Virus record (IMG/VR): IMGVR_UViG_3300025018_003796
Coordinates: 1 to 43,217 of that record
From: a virus
Lineage: Duplodnaviria; Caudoviricetes
Length of the DNA stretch: 43,217 nt
Reading direction: 5' to 3' (one strand)
The position numbers and the translations under genes are program-made. The number at the start of each line of letters is the position of its first letter. Positions within the stretch are counted from its first letter, which is position 1. The notes beneath the pieces are model-generated. The model searched no databases and was not told the DNA's origin. It saw only the letters and a program-made list of their open reading frames with translations. Positions 1-9,505 of this stretch are shown here, in pieces.

Positions 1-1776
1 CGAGGCCGTCGCGTCACTGGCAAGCGGCGATACGTAGTAGTACGTCGGCCCTGATGCCAGCAGCACCTCGTTGGTGCCAGCGGGCGGGAATGTCAGCGAT
101 ATTATTAGCTCGCTGGTTGCCGATCCGGTCGGGAAGTTGAGCGTCACCGAGGCTGGCACCGCGCCCGTTACCGCCTGCTGAATGCCGTTTGCCGCGCTTA
201 TGGTGATGTTGGTGGTGCATGGGATCAGGTAGGGATCGCGGGTTGCGGAAGACCAGCCGCCGGTCGGCCAGTTGGTACGGGTTTCGCCGCCCAGGGAGAT
301 TGCCGGGAAAACCTGGGTTCCACTGTAGGTGTTGGTCGGGGCGTTGAGCGTCGGGAAATTGGTGTGGCTTCCAGTTTCCCAGCCGTTCGTGTCCGCATCG
401 GTCACAAAGTCCGCATGGCTGCCCGTTTCCCAGCCGTTCGTATCGGCCGTAGTCACATAGCTGCCTGCTGGTTGTTTCCCGGCCAGCGCCGTCATCACGT
501 TTGTGCCGCCCACGATCAGTGCGTCCAGGTAGGCCGCCCGCCAGGGAGCCGCCCCGCTGCCTAGATCATACAGGCCGCTGGCGGCCGGTAGCACATGCGC
601 CCGCACGCTCGCGCTGGCCTTCGCCGCCTCATACACCGCCCGCACAAACCCGCTATCATCCGGGAGCGTGGCCACAATCCGGTAATACCCGTTGGTCTCC
701 AGGTCCGGGTAGGTCTCGCTGGTGGGCGTCAGCGTCTGCCAGTCGGCGGGCTCAAGCAAGGCGCTCCACTGCGCCAGCGGCCGCCCGGCCACGCCATTGG
801 TGGATATGTCGATCGTGGCCACCAGCCCGTCCAGCGTCAGCGCCGCGACATTCAGGCCCGTCTCGGTGCCGTCGCCATCGGTAAAGGTCAGTAACTCGAT
901 CCCGCCGCCGCTGATCACCAGGCCATTGGTTGTCGCCTCCACCGCCCAGGCCCCGCCCAGCACGATCCGGTCCGCCTTCACGGGTTCGCTGGCCGGGTAG
1001 GCCGCCCACTGATCGGGACTGGCCGCCACCACGCCGGCCGCTATCGCCGCCTGCATCGTCGCCAGGTTCACCGCCGCGCGGTCATCCGCCGGGGTATCCA
1101 CCAGCAAAACCTGTCCGGCTGTGTCGTTCTGCGTGCCGAAAAGGGCCGGGTGCGTCCAGCTTGTCGCCACGATATTCGAGACTGTCACGGTCGCCTCTCC
1201 GGGGGCGGGCACGGTATTGGTCGCCAGCAGCCGCACCATCATCGCCGTATTGGTCGCCGCCAGGTCACTCCACACCGATCCGTCCGGACTCATTTGCACA
1301 ATCACCGGTAGCAGGCCGCTGGCATCGTACTCGACCGCCGCCACGCCATTGGTCAGCAGAGGGGAAGTCGCAATCACGCCCTCATTCGTCTGCGTGCCGC
1401 CCGCATCGGTCCAGGCCTCGACCGTCGACGAGCGCATCACCGGCAAGCGCAAGCCGTCGGCAATCTGCGTTATTGACGTGGGAATATCCAGCAGCGCATC
1501 CCAGTAGACCGAGAGCGCCGAGTTGGTGTCCAACTGTAAAGAAAGGCGCAGCCGCCCGAGGGAATCCAGGTCCACCGCAAGATCGCCGGCGGCAACCACG
1601 TTATCCAGCCAGAAGGTGGACGGACGGCTCACAACGCCATTGGTGCCCACCAGTACCGTCGTGCCCAGGCGCGAATATCCGGCCTGCCCGTAAACCTCCG
1701 CCGGCGTCCACAAGCACATGGCAAACATCATCAACAAGGCAAACACCGGGAAAAGCCAGCGGTTGGTCATCATCAT
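1..1776 (-). CDS. Tail-region/virion surface protein with N-terminal signal peptide, Thr-Asn rich, 3' partial (592 aa in window)
   Basis: Absent from the ORF track because it runs off the window edge. Hand translation from ATG 1776 (ATGA overlap with upstream stop, AGGAGG RBS) is open to base 1: MMMTNRWLFPVFALLMMFAMCLWTPAEVYGQ... It has a tail-fibre-like YDLGSGAAPWRAAY motif and a duplicated DTNGWETGSH repeat, and lies after the adaptor genes. Confidence 0.75.
   Translation of the reverse strand, partial: MMMTNRWLFPVFALLMMFAMCLWTPAEVYGQAGYSRLGTTVLVGTNGVVSRPSTFWLDNVVAAGDLAVDLDSLGRLRLSLQLDTNSALSVYWDALLDIPTSITQIADGLRLPVMRSSTVEAWTDAGGTQTNEGVIATSPLLTNGVAAVEYDASGLLPVIVQMSPDGSVWSDLAATNTAMMVRLLATNTVPAPGEATVTVSNIVATSWTHPALFGTQNDTAGQVLLVDTPADDRAAVNLATMQAAIAAGVVAASPDQWAAYPASEPVKADRIVLGGAWAVEATTNGLVISGGGIELLTFTDGDGTETGLNVAALTLDGLVATIDISTNGVAGRPLAQWSALLEPADWQTLTPTSETYPDLETNGYYRIVATLPDDSGFVRAVYEAAKASASVRAHVLPAASGLYDLGSGAAPWRAAYLDALIVGGTNVMTALAGKQPAGSYVTTADTNGWETGSHADFVTDADTNGWETGSHTNFPTLNAPTNTYSGTQVFPAISLGGETRTNWPTGGWSSATRDPYLIPCTTNITISAANGIQQAVTGAVPASVTLNFPTGSATSELIISLTFPPAGTNEVLLASGPTYYYVSPLASDATAS
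362..455 (-). repeat. Two-copy 51-bp coding repeat (VTxADTNGWETGSH)
   Basis: gtttcccagccgttcgt occurs twice 51 bp apart; the protein repeat is YVTTADTNGWETGSH / FVTDADTNGWETGSH. Confidence 0.8.
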
Positions 1777-2288
1777 CCCCTCCTGTCCACGCCCAGCCGT
1801 GAGCGGTAAGCCTGGTAATGGATCGTGGCCGCGTTCTGCGCTTCCGCGCCCTCGGCGAACTGCATCTTTGATCGGTAGACCACATACTGCACCAGCGGGG
1901 CCACCATCGAATTGTCATTGATCGCGATCTCGGTTTCCCCGTCGAGCGTCACCCCGTCGGGGGAAAGCGCGGTCTCGGCCTGGTCATCGGGCAGCAGGGG
2001 CACGAAGGTGCCGTTCTCCATCGAGACGGCCACCCAGGCGGAGAGCCCGCTATCCCAGATTTCCAGCCGCCCGCGCCGGATCCGCACATAGGAGCCGCCC
2101 AGGCCGCCGCCGTCCATCCCGCCCGGCTGCATATCGCCATCATTGGACAGCAGCAGGTCTGGGCGCAGGCGCAGCATTTCGGCCAGTCCGTCGGCAATGT
2201 AGCCAAAGAGCACGTTATCGGGCCACTTGCCCGCGAACTCGTCCTGCAGTTCGCGCCGGGCCGGGATCAGGATTGTATTTGCCTGCAT
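1773..2288 (-). CDS. Putative head-tail adaptor/connector protein
   Basis: 171-aa ORF with GGAG RBS. ARRELQD...W...LRPD and LVQYVVYR...A..HY pattern resembles podovirus adaptors; position in the morphogenesis operon fits. Confidence 0.55.
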   Translation of the reverse strand: MQANTILIPARRELQDEFAGKWPDNVLFGYIADGLAEMLRLRPDLLLSNDGDMQPGGMDGGGLGGSYVRIRRGRLEIWDSGLSAWVAVSMENGTFVPLLPDDQAETALSPDGVTLDGETEIAINDNSMVAPLVQYVVYRSKMQFAEGAEAQNAATIHYQAYRSRLGVDRRG

Positions 2289-2297
2289 AACGGTCTC

Positions 2298-2888
2298 CTA
2301 GAAATAGTCCGGCATCGGGTTGGTAAGCGCGGCCACCCCGGCACGTCCGCCGGTCAGCCGGTCCACGTTGGCCTCGTGCAATCCCTGGCGGTAGCGCACA
2401 TACGCCGTTTCCGCCGCCTCGCGGTCATAGTAGGGCCGCCCGGTGGTCACATAGATGTAATGCAAGGCCAGATCCGCAATCGCATCGCCATAGCGCGAGA
2501 GGATCAGGTCCGGCAGTTCGGTAATCGACTGCTGGCTCGCGCCCAGCGCCACGGTCAATACCAGTTCCGCCCCCAGGGCCGGGGCCGGATCAAAGTAGAT
2601 GCTGCCCTGATTGACGATCCAGCGCGGCGAGAGCGAGGGTTCCACCACCGCGTCGATCGTCAGCGAAAGTGCCGAAAGTACGACCGTCCCCGCCTGTAGC
2701 GCGGGCGTGAACGCGGAGAGCGCCATCACCTGCGTGCCGTCCGCATCGGCGGCCAGTGGCAGGGTCCAGGCGTGGGAATCCGCCAGGAACCGCGCCGCCG
2801 CCCGCCGGAGGGCGAACGTCTGCACCCCCTCGGGGCAATCAACCACGAAGGGGGCCACCTGCGGGAGAAGATCGTACAAGGCACCCAT
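2298..2888 (-). CDS. Putative head-tail adaptor / tail tubular protein A-like
   Basis: 196-aa ORF with LPQVAPFVVDCP...ALRRAAARFL..SHAW and YGDAIADLAL..IY..GRPY pattern; structural-operon context. Confidence 0.6.
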   Translation of the reverse strand: MGALYDLLPQVAPFVVDCPEGVQTFALRRAAARFLADSHAWTLPLAADADGTQVMALSAFTPALQAGTVVLSALSLTIDAVVEPSLSPRWIVNQGSIYFDPAPALGAELVLTVALGASQQSITELPDLILSRYGDAIADLALHYIYVTTGRPYYDREAAETAYVRYRQGLHEANVDRLTGGRAGVAALTNPMPDYF

Positions 2889-2891
2889 GGC

Positions 2892-3503
2892 TTACGCCTC
2901 CGGTTTATCGGCCTTCAGTTTGGCCTCGAACTTGGCGACCGCCTCGGCCACCATCGCGCCCGCGTTGGCCTGCTCGATCTCGATCCCGTGCTTGGCGGCA
3001 AAGGCCTGCTTGCCATCGCGTCCGGGCGTCTTGCGGATCGCGTCCGCGAAATCGGCAATCTTCACGGCCAGCGGGTTCACCGGTTCCGGCGTCTCGACCG
3101 GCTCGCCTTCGGGCGGCGCGGTCTCGGCCGGCTCCTGTGTCTCGTCCGGTTCCGGCACAATCTCCGTGCTGCCGGCCTTGACGCCTGACAGGGCCAGGAT
3201 CTTGCTGGGCTTGCCATCATCGCCGCCCGCCATCTTCACCGCCATCATGGCGACGGCGGGTTGGTCGATCAGGGACACCAGGTGCGGCCACTTGCGGGCG
3301 ATCGCCTCGCGCAGCATGGCATCGCTGTTGTCGTCGTCGAGTTTCGTCAAATCGACCTCATCCACGAAAACGCCGCCCTCGAACTTCTTCTCGATCAGCC
3401 GCAGCATCCCCTTGCGGACCAGTCCTTCCAGTTCGGGGCTGTAGGTGAACTCGCGGCCATCCTCGCGCCTTAAAATATTGATAGTCTTGACATCCTTGCT
3501 CAT
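2892..3503 (-). CDS. Hypothetical phage structural-region protein
   Basis: 203-aa ORF with a Pro/Glu-rich linker and protein-like composition. Confidence 0.7.
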   Translation of the reverse strand: MSKDVKTINILRREDGREFTYSPELEGLVRKGMLRLIEKKFEGGVFVDEVDLTKLDDDNSDAMLREAIARKWPHLVSLIDQPAVAMMAVKMAGGDDGKPSKILALSGVKAGSTEIVPEPDETQEPAETAPPEGEPVETPEPVNPLAVKIADFADAIRKTPGRDGKQAFAAKHGIEIEQANAGAMVAEAVAKFEAKLKADKPEA

Positions 3504-3597
3504 GGTCTATTCCCGTCCTTTTCCTTTGGAGTTAAAGCCCCCCTCCCGCCGGGTATTAAGCCCGTATGGCGGGAAGGGAGCGGGGTGTCAGCATCCC

Positions 3598-4050
3598 TTA
3601 CCCGTTGTAGGGGATCATCTCGCACTGCGCCTTGATCTTGGCGGCCGTCAGTCCGGTAACAGCTAGTGCCGTCAGGCAGATGTAGCCGCCGGTCGCGTCG
3701 GTGGCATAGCCCTTCTGTCCCAGGGCAGCCGCGCCGGTCACGCTGTTGGCGTGGGTCAGCGCGTTCACGTCAGTCGCGGCCAGCAGGCCGTCGGCATCCA
3801 CCGCCGTGGTGCCGGCATCGCTGAACGGGCCGACATTCACGGTAGCCGCAGCACCCTCGACCGTCAGCACTTCGAGCTTCAGGTTCACCACGCGGTGACG
3901 GGGCGGCACATAGAACAGCAGCGCCACGTCGTTCTGGGCCATGGCCACGGCAGCCGCGTCCAGAATCGTCTCCACGATGTGGGGCGGGCGCTGCGCATGG
4001 ACGTTAAGGTGAGCCACGGTGGTGGTCACCAGATGTGATTTGATAGCCAT
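3598..4050 (-). CDS. Putative capsid decoration/cement protein
   Basis: Starts MAIKSH at 4050 after AAGGAG RBS; beta-rich 150 aa directly downstream of the capsid gene. Confidence 0.6.
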   Translation of the reverse strand: MAIKSHLVTTTVAHLNVHAQRPPHIVETILDAAAVAMAQNDVALLFYVPPRHRVVNLKLEVLTVEGAAATVNVGPFSDAGTTAVDADGLLAATDVNALTHANSVTGAAALGQKGYATDATGGYICLTALAVTGLTAAKIKAQCEMIPYNG

Positions 4051-4139
4051 ATTCTCTACTCCTTCTTTACTCGTTGTATTCAAAACCGGTGGTGTGCCGC
4101 CCCCCGGTCAGTCGGGAGGCGGCACCCGTTCCGGGCGGT

Positions 4140-5072
4140 TTATCCCTTGCGGATATACAGATGCGCCAGGGCGTCCGGCTGCATCACGGCAAAGCCGAAG
4201 CTCTGCAGCGAGCGGATCAGGTCGCCGTAGTCATCCGGGTTCTTGAGCCGCTCGTTGGCGGTCAACTGCGTCGCGAACGTGATCGCGGACTTGTGCCCCG
4301 CCATCGCGTTCCAGGCCGTCGCGCCGCCGCCATCGGCCACGGAGAGCAGATTACGGCTCGAGAAGATCTCGAAGCGGTCGATCATGCCGATCCGGCCATT
4401 GGTGCGCAGCAGGCTCTTGTCGTCGCCGGTGATGGAAGCATCACGCAGCTCGGACTTCTTGATCATCGCGCACGCCCAGGTGGGCAGCACGATCCAGCGG
4501 CCATCATCGGGGATGTTCTTCTGGTCGAGCACGTCGCCCCAGTTGACAATATCGTCGATGATGGTGGTGGCGGTCAGCGCCTTGGGGGCACCGGCCACAC
4601 CGAGGTTGTAATCGCCCGTATCCGCACCGGCCGTCGCGCCGCTGTTTTCAGCCGCCGCCGACGTGAACACTTCACTAAGCACGATGTGCTCGATGTCGCG
4701 TTTCGTGATCTGGCTCAAGTGGCTGGACCACTGTTCGACAAAGTTCAGGCTTTTCATCGCCTGGGCCTTGTCGATGTAGCTGGCCGGGAACTGGAACGAA
4801 CGGCCACGGTCGATCATCAGCGTGCGCGTGGCGCTCGACAGCTCCGTGTAGTTCAGTTTCTGGCCCTTGACATACTCGTGGGACTCGCCGCCCACCAGCA
4901 CATTCACCTCCACCTTGTCGCCATGCTCCTTGATCTCCCCCTCATAATCCGTGTTGCTGATCGCTGCCAGCACCGTGGACATGTAGAAGTGCTTCAGGAA
5001 CTTCTTCGCCCAGATCGTCGGGATCAGGGTACCGCTATGGCTCTGCGAGCCTTGAGCTACTGGGAATGCCAT
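4140..5072 (-). CDS. Major capsid protein (HK97 fold, P22-coat-like)
   Basis: 310 aa; IPTIWAKKFL...ISNTDYEGEIKEHGDKV, LDQKNIPDDGRWIV and GRIGMIDRFEIFSS are typical of this MCP family; follows the scaffold gene. Confidence 0.9.
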   Translation of the reverse strand: MAFPVAQGSQSHSGTLIPTIWAKKFLKHFYMSTVLAAISNTDYEGEIKEHGDKVEVNVLVGGESHEYVKGQKLNYTELSSATRTLMIDRGRSFQFPASYIDKAQAMKSLNFVEQWSSHLSQITKRDIEHIVLSEVFTSAAAENSGATAGADTGDYNLGVAGAPKALTATTIIDDIVNWGDVLDQKNIPDDGRWIVLPTWACAMIKKSELRDASITGDDKSLLRTNGRIGMIDRFEIFSSRNLLSVADGGGATAWNAMAGHKSAITFATQLTANERLKNPDDYGDLIRSLQSFGFAVMQPDALAHLYIRKG

Positions 5073-5142
5073 TATTCCACCTACCTTCCTCTATTCATCG
5101 GCCATACCAGCCACCGCGCGTACACCAATCCCCGGTGCGCAT

Positions 5143-6195
5143 CTACTTGACGCGCCCTTCGTTGATCGCGGCATCCAGTTCAGCCTCGATTTTCACTGCC
5201 TTCTCTCTCGGGTACCGCCCATGGATGATGTTGTTCATCAGCGCGTCGTACTCCTTGAGCGTATAGACCTTCTTTCCGCCTGGGGCGGGAGAGGGAGCCG
5301 CATCGGGAGCAACCTGCGCATCCACGGGGGTAACGGCCGCCGACTTCGGGGCCGGTTTCGTCCCGCCACCCTTCTGGCGGAACGTATTGAACGCATTTGA
5401 CACGAGCTGTGCATCCAGCGTGTCTTGTCCGTCGTCTATGATTTTCTGCCAACGCAGACCGCTGTTCGGTTCGACCTCCTGGCAGAACGCATGGAATCCG
5501 GGATCGGAGTTGATCGTGCGCCAGTCCGGGGCCAGTCCGTCGAGTTCGCCATAGAACTGTTCCTGCTTGCGCTGGGCCAGTTCCTGGGTGACCGTCTCGG
5601 TCTTGCCGCGTATGTCGCCCACTTCCCGGTCAATGATCTTCTTGGCGATCTTCTCCGCCAGTCCGATCATCTCACCGCCGTACTCGAGTTCTTCCGCCGT
5701 CAACCCGAAAGGATTGGCGGGGTCGGTCGCGGTCGGGATCTCCAGTTCTGCCGGCTTCGCATCGGCCTTGTCCGCCGGTTTCCCGGCTTTCAGGGTGGCA
5801 ATCTCGGCTTTCAGCGCCGTCAACTCCTGTTGCAGGTCCGCTGCGCGGTGCTGCTCGCGCGGCACCTCCGCGTTGTACTTGCCCAGGAGCGTGCGGTATT
5901 GCTGTTCTGCGGTCGTTGCCCGTTGCTCCGCTGCCGCCAGTCGTGTCGCCAGGTCGCCTTCATCGTCTGTGCCGGGGCCGGGTGTCCGTGCATCTGCGGG
6001 TGTCGCAGTGTCGCCCTGGGGCGGTTGCGCATCCGGTGCCGGGTCCGTCGGGGGCTTCGGGGCTGGATCGGTAACGCCGTCCGCCGTTGCGCCTGTCTCG
6101 TCGGGATTCACCCCGCCTGCCAGGAACTCCGCTTCCGCCGCCGCTTCCTCATCCCGTAGCCTTGCCGGTACATTCAGGCTTGTGTCTGCTGCCAT
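5143..6195 (-). CDS. Capsid scaffolding protein
   Basis: 350 aa; acidic/Pro-rich N-terminus, coiled coil with YRTLLGKYNAEVPR, PDWRTINSDPGF, C-terminal AAINEGRV; directly upstream of MCP. Confidence 0.8.
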   Translation of the reverse strand: MAADTSLNVPARLRDEEAAAEAEFLAGGVNPDETGATADGVTDPAPKPPTDPAPDAQPPQGDTATPADARTPGPGTDDEGDLATRLAAAEQRATTAEQQYRTLLGKYNAEVPREQHRAADLQQELTALKAEIATLKAGKPADKADAKPAELEIPTATDPANPFGLTAEELEYGGEMIGLAEKIAKKIIDREVGDIRGKTETVTQELAQRKQEQFYGELDGLAPDWRTINSDPGFHAFCQEVEPNSGLRWQKIIDDGQDTLDAQLVSNAFNTFRQKGGGTKPAPKSAAVTPVDAQVAPDAAPSPAPGGKKVYTLKEYDALMNNIIHGRYPREKAVKIEAELDAAINEGRVK

Positions 6196-6317
6196 TACTC
6201 GTCTCTCCTTGTTTGCGAGCCAGTCGCGTTTTTAGGTGTCCTCTTGCTGGAGGGCCGTATCCGCCGGTCTTCGCCGTTCTCTTTTTGTATGCGGGGGCAC
6301 CAGCCCCACGCGCAAAA

Positions 6318-6635
6318 TCAGTTAAAGTTTTCCTCGTAGGGGTCCGCGAAACTTGCCGGGTGCGCTGCGCTGGCCTGCCGGTGCTTGTCCTTGCGCTGCT
6401 TCTGGATCTGCTCCCAGCGGTCCGCAGCCCCGGCCAGAAAGTCCTGGAGTTCCAGCCACACCTGGGCGCGCCCGCAGTTCTCCTCCCGGTTCTCGGCCGC
6501 CCCGCGCGCAATCGCCACCTTGCGGTCGTTGTCGGCATTCGTGGCCACCATCACCAGCAGGGCGTTGAACTCCTTGCCCATGCGCATCTGCACCATCGCC
6601 GCCGCCTCGATCTCGTTGTCCTGGGGAGTGATCAT
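6318..6635 (-). CDS. Small head-module hypothetical protein
   Basis: 105-aa helical ORF with ATGA coupling, between portal and scaffold. Confidence 0.65.
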   Translation of the reverse strand: MITPQDNEIEAAAMVQMRMGKEFNALLVMVATNADNDRKVAIARGAAENREENCGRAQVWLELQDFLAGAADRWEQIQKQRKDKHRQASAAHPASFADPYEENFN

Positions 6636-6871
6636 CTGGCACCGTCCTTTTCTGGATCCCGGTCCACCGTGGCAATCGGGCGCATCCGGGCGAATACCAG
6701 CCGGACCGCCATGATCAACCGGTGTCCCAGCGGCAATTCGTTCAGCGTCTCGATGAAGGTCACCTCAAGCGCCTGCATCTTCGATAAGGCCACCTGGAAC
6801 ATCCGCCGCGCGTTGTGTTCGGCCCGCTGTACGCCTGCTCGCCGTAGTTTCCTGTGTAGGTTCTGGCTCAT
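6632..6871 (-). CDS. Hypothetical protein (79 aa)
   Basis: MSQNLHRK start at 6871 overlaps the portal stop (ATGA). The longer ORF-track version overlaps the portal out of frame. Confidence 0.6.
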   Translation of the reverse strand: MSQNLHRKLRRAGVQRAEHNARRMFQVALSKMQALEVTFIETLNELPLGHRLIMAVRLVFARMRPIATVDRDPEKDGAR

Positions 6872-8925
6872 TGCTGTCCGTCCTCGATTGGGGGTTGTGG
6901 TTCGCCTGCTGCCGGTGGCGGCTGCTGGTCGGTCGGCAACGGTGCGCCGGCCAATGTCGCGTCCTGCTCGATCTGGCGTTGTTTCATCGCCTCGCGCGCC
7001 CGCCGTTGCAGCACGCTCTTGTCTGGCACGATGTCGGAAGTAGAGAGGGAAAGCTCGTCGGCCACGGCCCGGAGCACTTCGGCGCGGCCATCCGCCCCGA
7101 TAATATCCACGTCGGTCGGGTTGTTGGTGCTGTTCAGGAAGTTCTGCCGCCGCATCATCACGGTTTCCTTTTGGATCAGGTGGAGCGCCCCGCGCGCCTC
7201 GATCCGGCAATCCCCCTTGATGTGCTTCCACTTGTCGTCAGGTAGATACACCAGGTTATGCGCGTAAAGGTCCTGCACCGTGGAACGGATCATGCCGCGG
7301 TCGATGTTGCCCAGGCTACGCTTGATCCCCTTGTGCGAGGCGCTCATCAGCATCGAGAGCCCGGCGGCCGTATCCCCCGCCCCGCCGATGTTCGTCTCGC
7401 CTTGGATGTAGCGCGGCACCAGCGTGCGGTTATCCGCCGCCGTCTCGTAATGCTCAAGCATCTTGAGGTACTGCGAGACATTCACCTGGGGCTGGTAGTA
7501 GTCCACCGGCTTGCGGGTGCTGTTGGCCTGCATCCGTTGTCCGGAGTAGAGCCACTGCTTTCCGGGATAGTCGTCCTTGGTGCAATTCGGGTCCAGCGCG
7601 TCCACGTCCACGATCGAGCGCGGGCGGCTGGCTTCGGCCATCGCGTTCATCATCTGCCGCGATACCGAGTTGTAGCCGCGCTGGGCGTCGGACATCTTCT
7701 CGACCATGGCCCGCCCCCAGATGGAGCCGGAGACCGTCACAAAGCTGCTGGTGTGGTAGGGCCGGTGTCCGAGCGGGTGCGGATTGAGGATACAGCGGAC
7801 ACAATAGCGCCCGATCAGCACGGCCTGCACATCGTAGTGGTGGCTGGCGAGAATATCCTCCTCATTGGCCTTCTTGCCCAGGCCCCACTGCTTGAGAGCT
7901 GCCCCGTTTACCTTGCCCCAGTATTCCACGGCCCACACGGCGGAGGCCGAAGCGCCCTCGTTGATCATCGTGTCGCGGTTCTCCAGTAGCGCCTGCTCGC
8001 TGGCGGAATCGCTCTGGGCCACGGTCAGCATACCGGCCTCCGCCGCCAGTACCGCCTCGATCTGCCCCGCGTTCCAGCCGGGGTTCCCGATCTGCGCCTG
8101 AAGCGTCGAGCGTTCGATCTGCATCAGTTCGCACACATAGCCCTCGTTGGCATTGGCGATATTCGGACCAGGGAAGAACTTGAACGGGTCCACCCGCTGC
8201 CAGGTATGCCGGATCGTATCGGTCACCTGTACCGCCCCGTCGATCCATTCGAGCGTCTTCTCCCGTTTCAGGATCGGCCCCTTGAGGATGCAGGTCGGAT
8301 ACATCGCGTAATCGCGGATGCACTCGTCGAACGCCTCGGAGTAGCCGCCTTCGAGCATCTGGTCGCGCATCTTCTGTTCCATGGCGTTCGCGCGGGCCTT
8401 CGCCTGCTGGTATTCTTCCTCCTGGGCCATGTCGAACATGTTGCTGGCCGCCTCATAGACATCCTTGGGCGTCATCGGGAAACCGCTGGCAATCGCTTCT
8501 TGATAGGCGCGGGCCACTTCATCGACAATCGCGCTCTTGCGGTCCTCGGGTAGATCGGGCACGGGCGTGGGCATCAGCGCGAAGGGAATATCGCCGCCGG
8601 TGTTGACGGCATCGCTGATCCAGGCCTCCAGTGCGTCGGTCTTGGTCTCGGTGATGTTGAAGAAGTCAGCGCACCCGCCCGCCGCCTTGATCTTTTCCAG
8701 CGTAAGCCCGTCGTATTCGCCCGCCTTCTGTTTGCGGCAGGCGATCAGCCTGGGGGTGATGTACATGTCCTTGTGCTGCCGGGCGACGGCATACTGCGAT
8801 TGGATGTGCGAGGCGATTGCCAGCATCGGCGGGGCAAGCGCGGCGCGCTCGGCCTCGGCGGCGCTATCCTGCTGCGCTTTCGCCTGGTCCAGTTCCGCGT
8901 TCGATTTAACGTTTACCAGCGGCAT
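6868..8925 (-). CDS. Portal protein
   Basis: About 685 aa, between terminase and scaffold. VDPFKFFP, RPYHTSSF..VSGSIWG and GDTAAGLSMLM motifs are typical of podovirus portals. Confidence 0.88.
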   Translation of the reverse strand: MPLVNVKSNAELDQAKAQQDSAAEAERAALAPPMLAIASHIQSQYAVARQHKDMYITPRLIACRKQKAGEYDGLTLEKIKAAGGCADFFNITETKTDALEAWISDAVNTGGDIPFALMPTPVPDLPEDRKSAIVDEVARAYQEAIASGFPMTPKDVYEAASNMFDMAQEEEYQQAKARANAMEQKMRDQMLEGGYSEAFDECIRDYAMYPTCILKGPILKREKTLEWIDGAVQVTDTIRHTWQRVDPFKFFPGPNIANANEGYVCELMQIERSTLQAQIGNPGWNAGQIEAVLAAEAGMLTVAQSDSASEQALLENRDTMINEGASASAVWAVEYWGKVNGAALKQWGLGKKANEEDILASHHYDVQAVLIGRYCVRCILNPHPLGHRPYHTSSFVTVSGSIWGRAMVEKMSDAQRGYNSVSRQMMNAMAEASRPRSIVDVDALDPNCTKDDYPGKQWLYSGQRMQANSTRKPVDYYQPQVNVSQYLKMLEHYETAADNRTLVPRYIQGETNIGGAGDTAAGLSMLMSASHKGIKRSLGNIDRGMIRSTVQDLYAHNLVYLPDDKWKHIKGDCRIEARGALHLIQKETVMMRRQNFLNSTNNPTDVDIIGADGRAEVLRAVADELSLSTSDIVPDKSVLQRRAREAMKQRQIEQDATLAGAPLPTDQQPPPAAGEPQPPIEDGQQ

Positions 8926-8936
8926 GATCACCCCAC

Positions 8937-8972
8937 AAAAAAAGCCGATACCGCCGTCGACGGTATCGGCTT
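8937..8972 (-). terminator. Intrinsic terminator immediately upstream of the portal gene
   Basis: 12-bp perfect stem aagccgataccg/cggtatcggctt running into a T tract on the minus strand. Confidence 0.8.
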
Positions 8973-9011
8973 CAAACGCCCCGGTAGCTAATCGGGGTTA
9001 ACGATGGGGCA

Positions 9012-9041
9012 AGCATAAGCTCGGTAATCGCTAAATTGCAA
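9012..9041 (-). promoter_or_regulatory. Putative sigma70-type late promoter TTGCAA-N18-TATGCT
   Basis: Hexamers read directly in the AT-rich intergenic region upstream of the portal gene. Confidence 0.5.
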
Positions 9042-9064
9042 AGTTCTGAAATGAAACAAAGTTG

Positions 9065-9505
9065 CTAACGCGCCGGATAGACCTCGATCTCCCAGCGCGG
9101 CCCCTTGCGTCCGCGGGTCCGCTTGCGTGCCCAGATCCAGGTGATGGAGGGGTATTCCGCGCGCGCCGCATCGAACAGGATCCGCGAATCCCGGCTATGG
9201 ATATGCTCGCCCTTGACCTCCACGGCGGTGCGGCTGTCCTCAACCCACCAGTCCGGCGTGTAGGAATGCGTACCGGCCAGCACATCGAAAGAACGCCCCT
9301 CGAACAGCATCGCTTCGGGCAACCGCAGCACGCGCGCCGCCTCGCCTTCGGTCGCGTTCGCCTCCGGCTGCTTTTTACTCTCACTGGCAACATCACTGCG
9401 TGGTGGTGCTGCTGGCGGTGGAGGCTGTTGTTGTGGCAGACAATGCGTAGGCCCGCCACGCCTGCGCAAGTGCTCCGGTATCGGCATCAGCTTAGACAAG
9501 TCCAT
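9065..9505 (-). CDS. PD-(D/E)xK endonuclease (DUF1064-like)
   Basis: SYTPDWWV...AVEVKG catalytic signature. Confidence 0.7.
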   Translation of the reverse strand: MDLSKLMPIPEHLRRRGGPTHCLPQQQPPPPAAPPRSDVASESKKQPEANATEGEAARVLRLPEAMLFEGRSFDVLAGTHSYTPDWWVEDSRTAVEVKGEHIHSRDSRILFDAARAEYPSITWIWARKRTRGRKGPRWEIEVYPAR

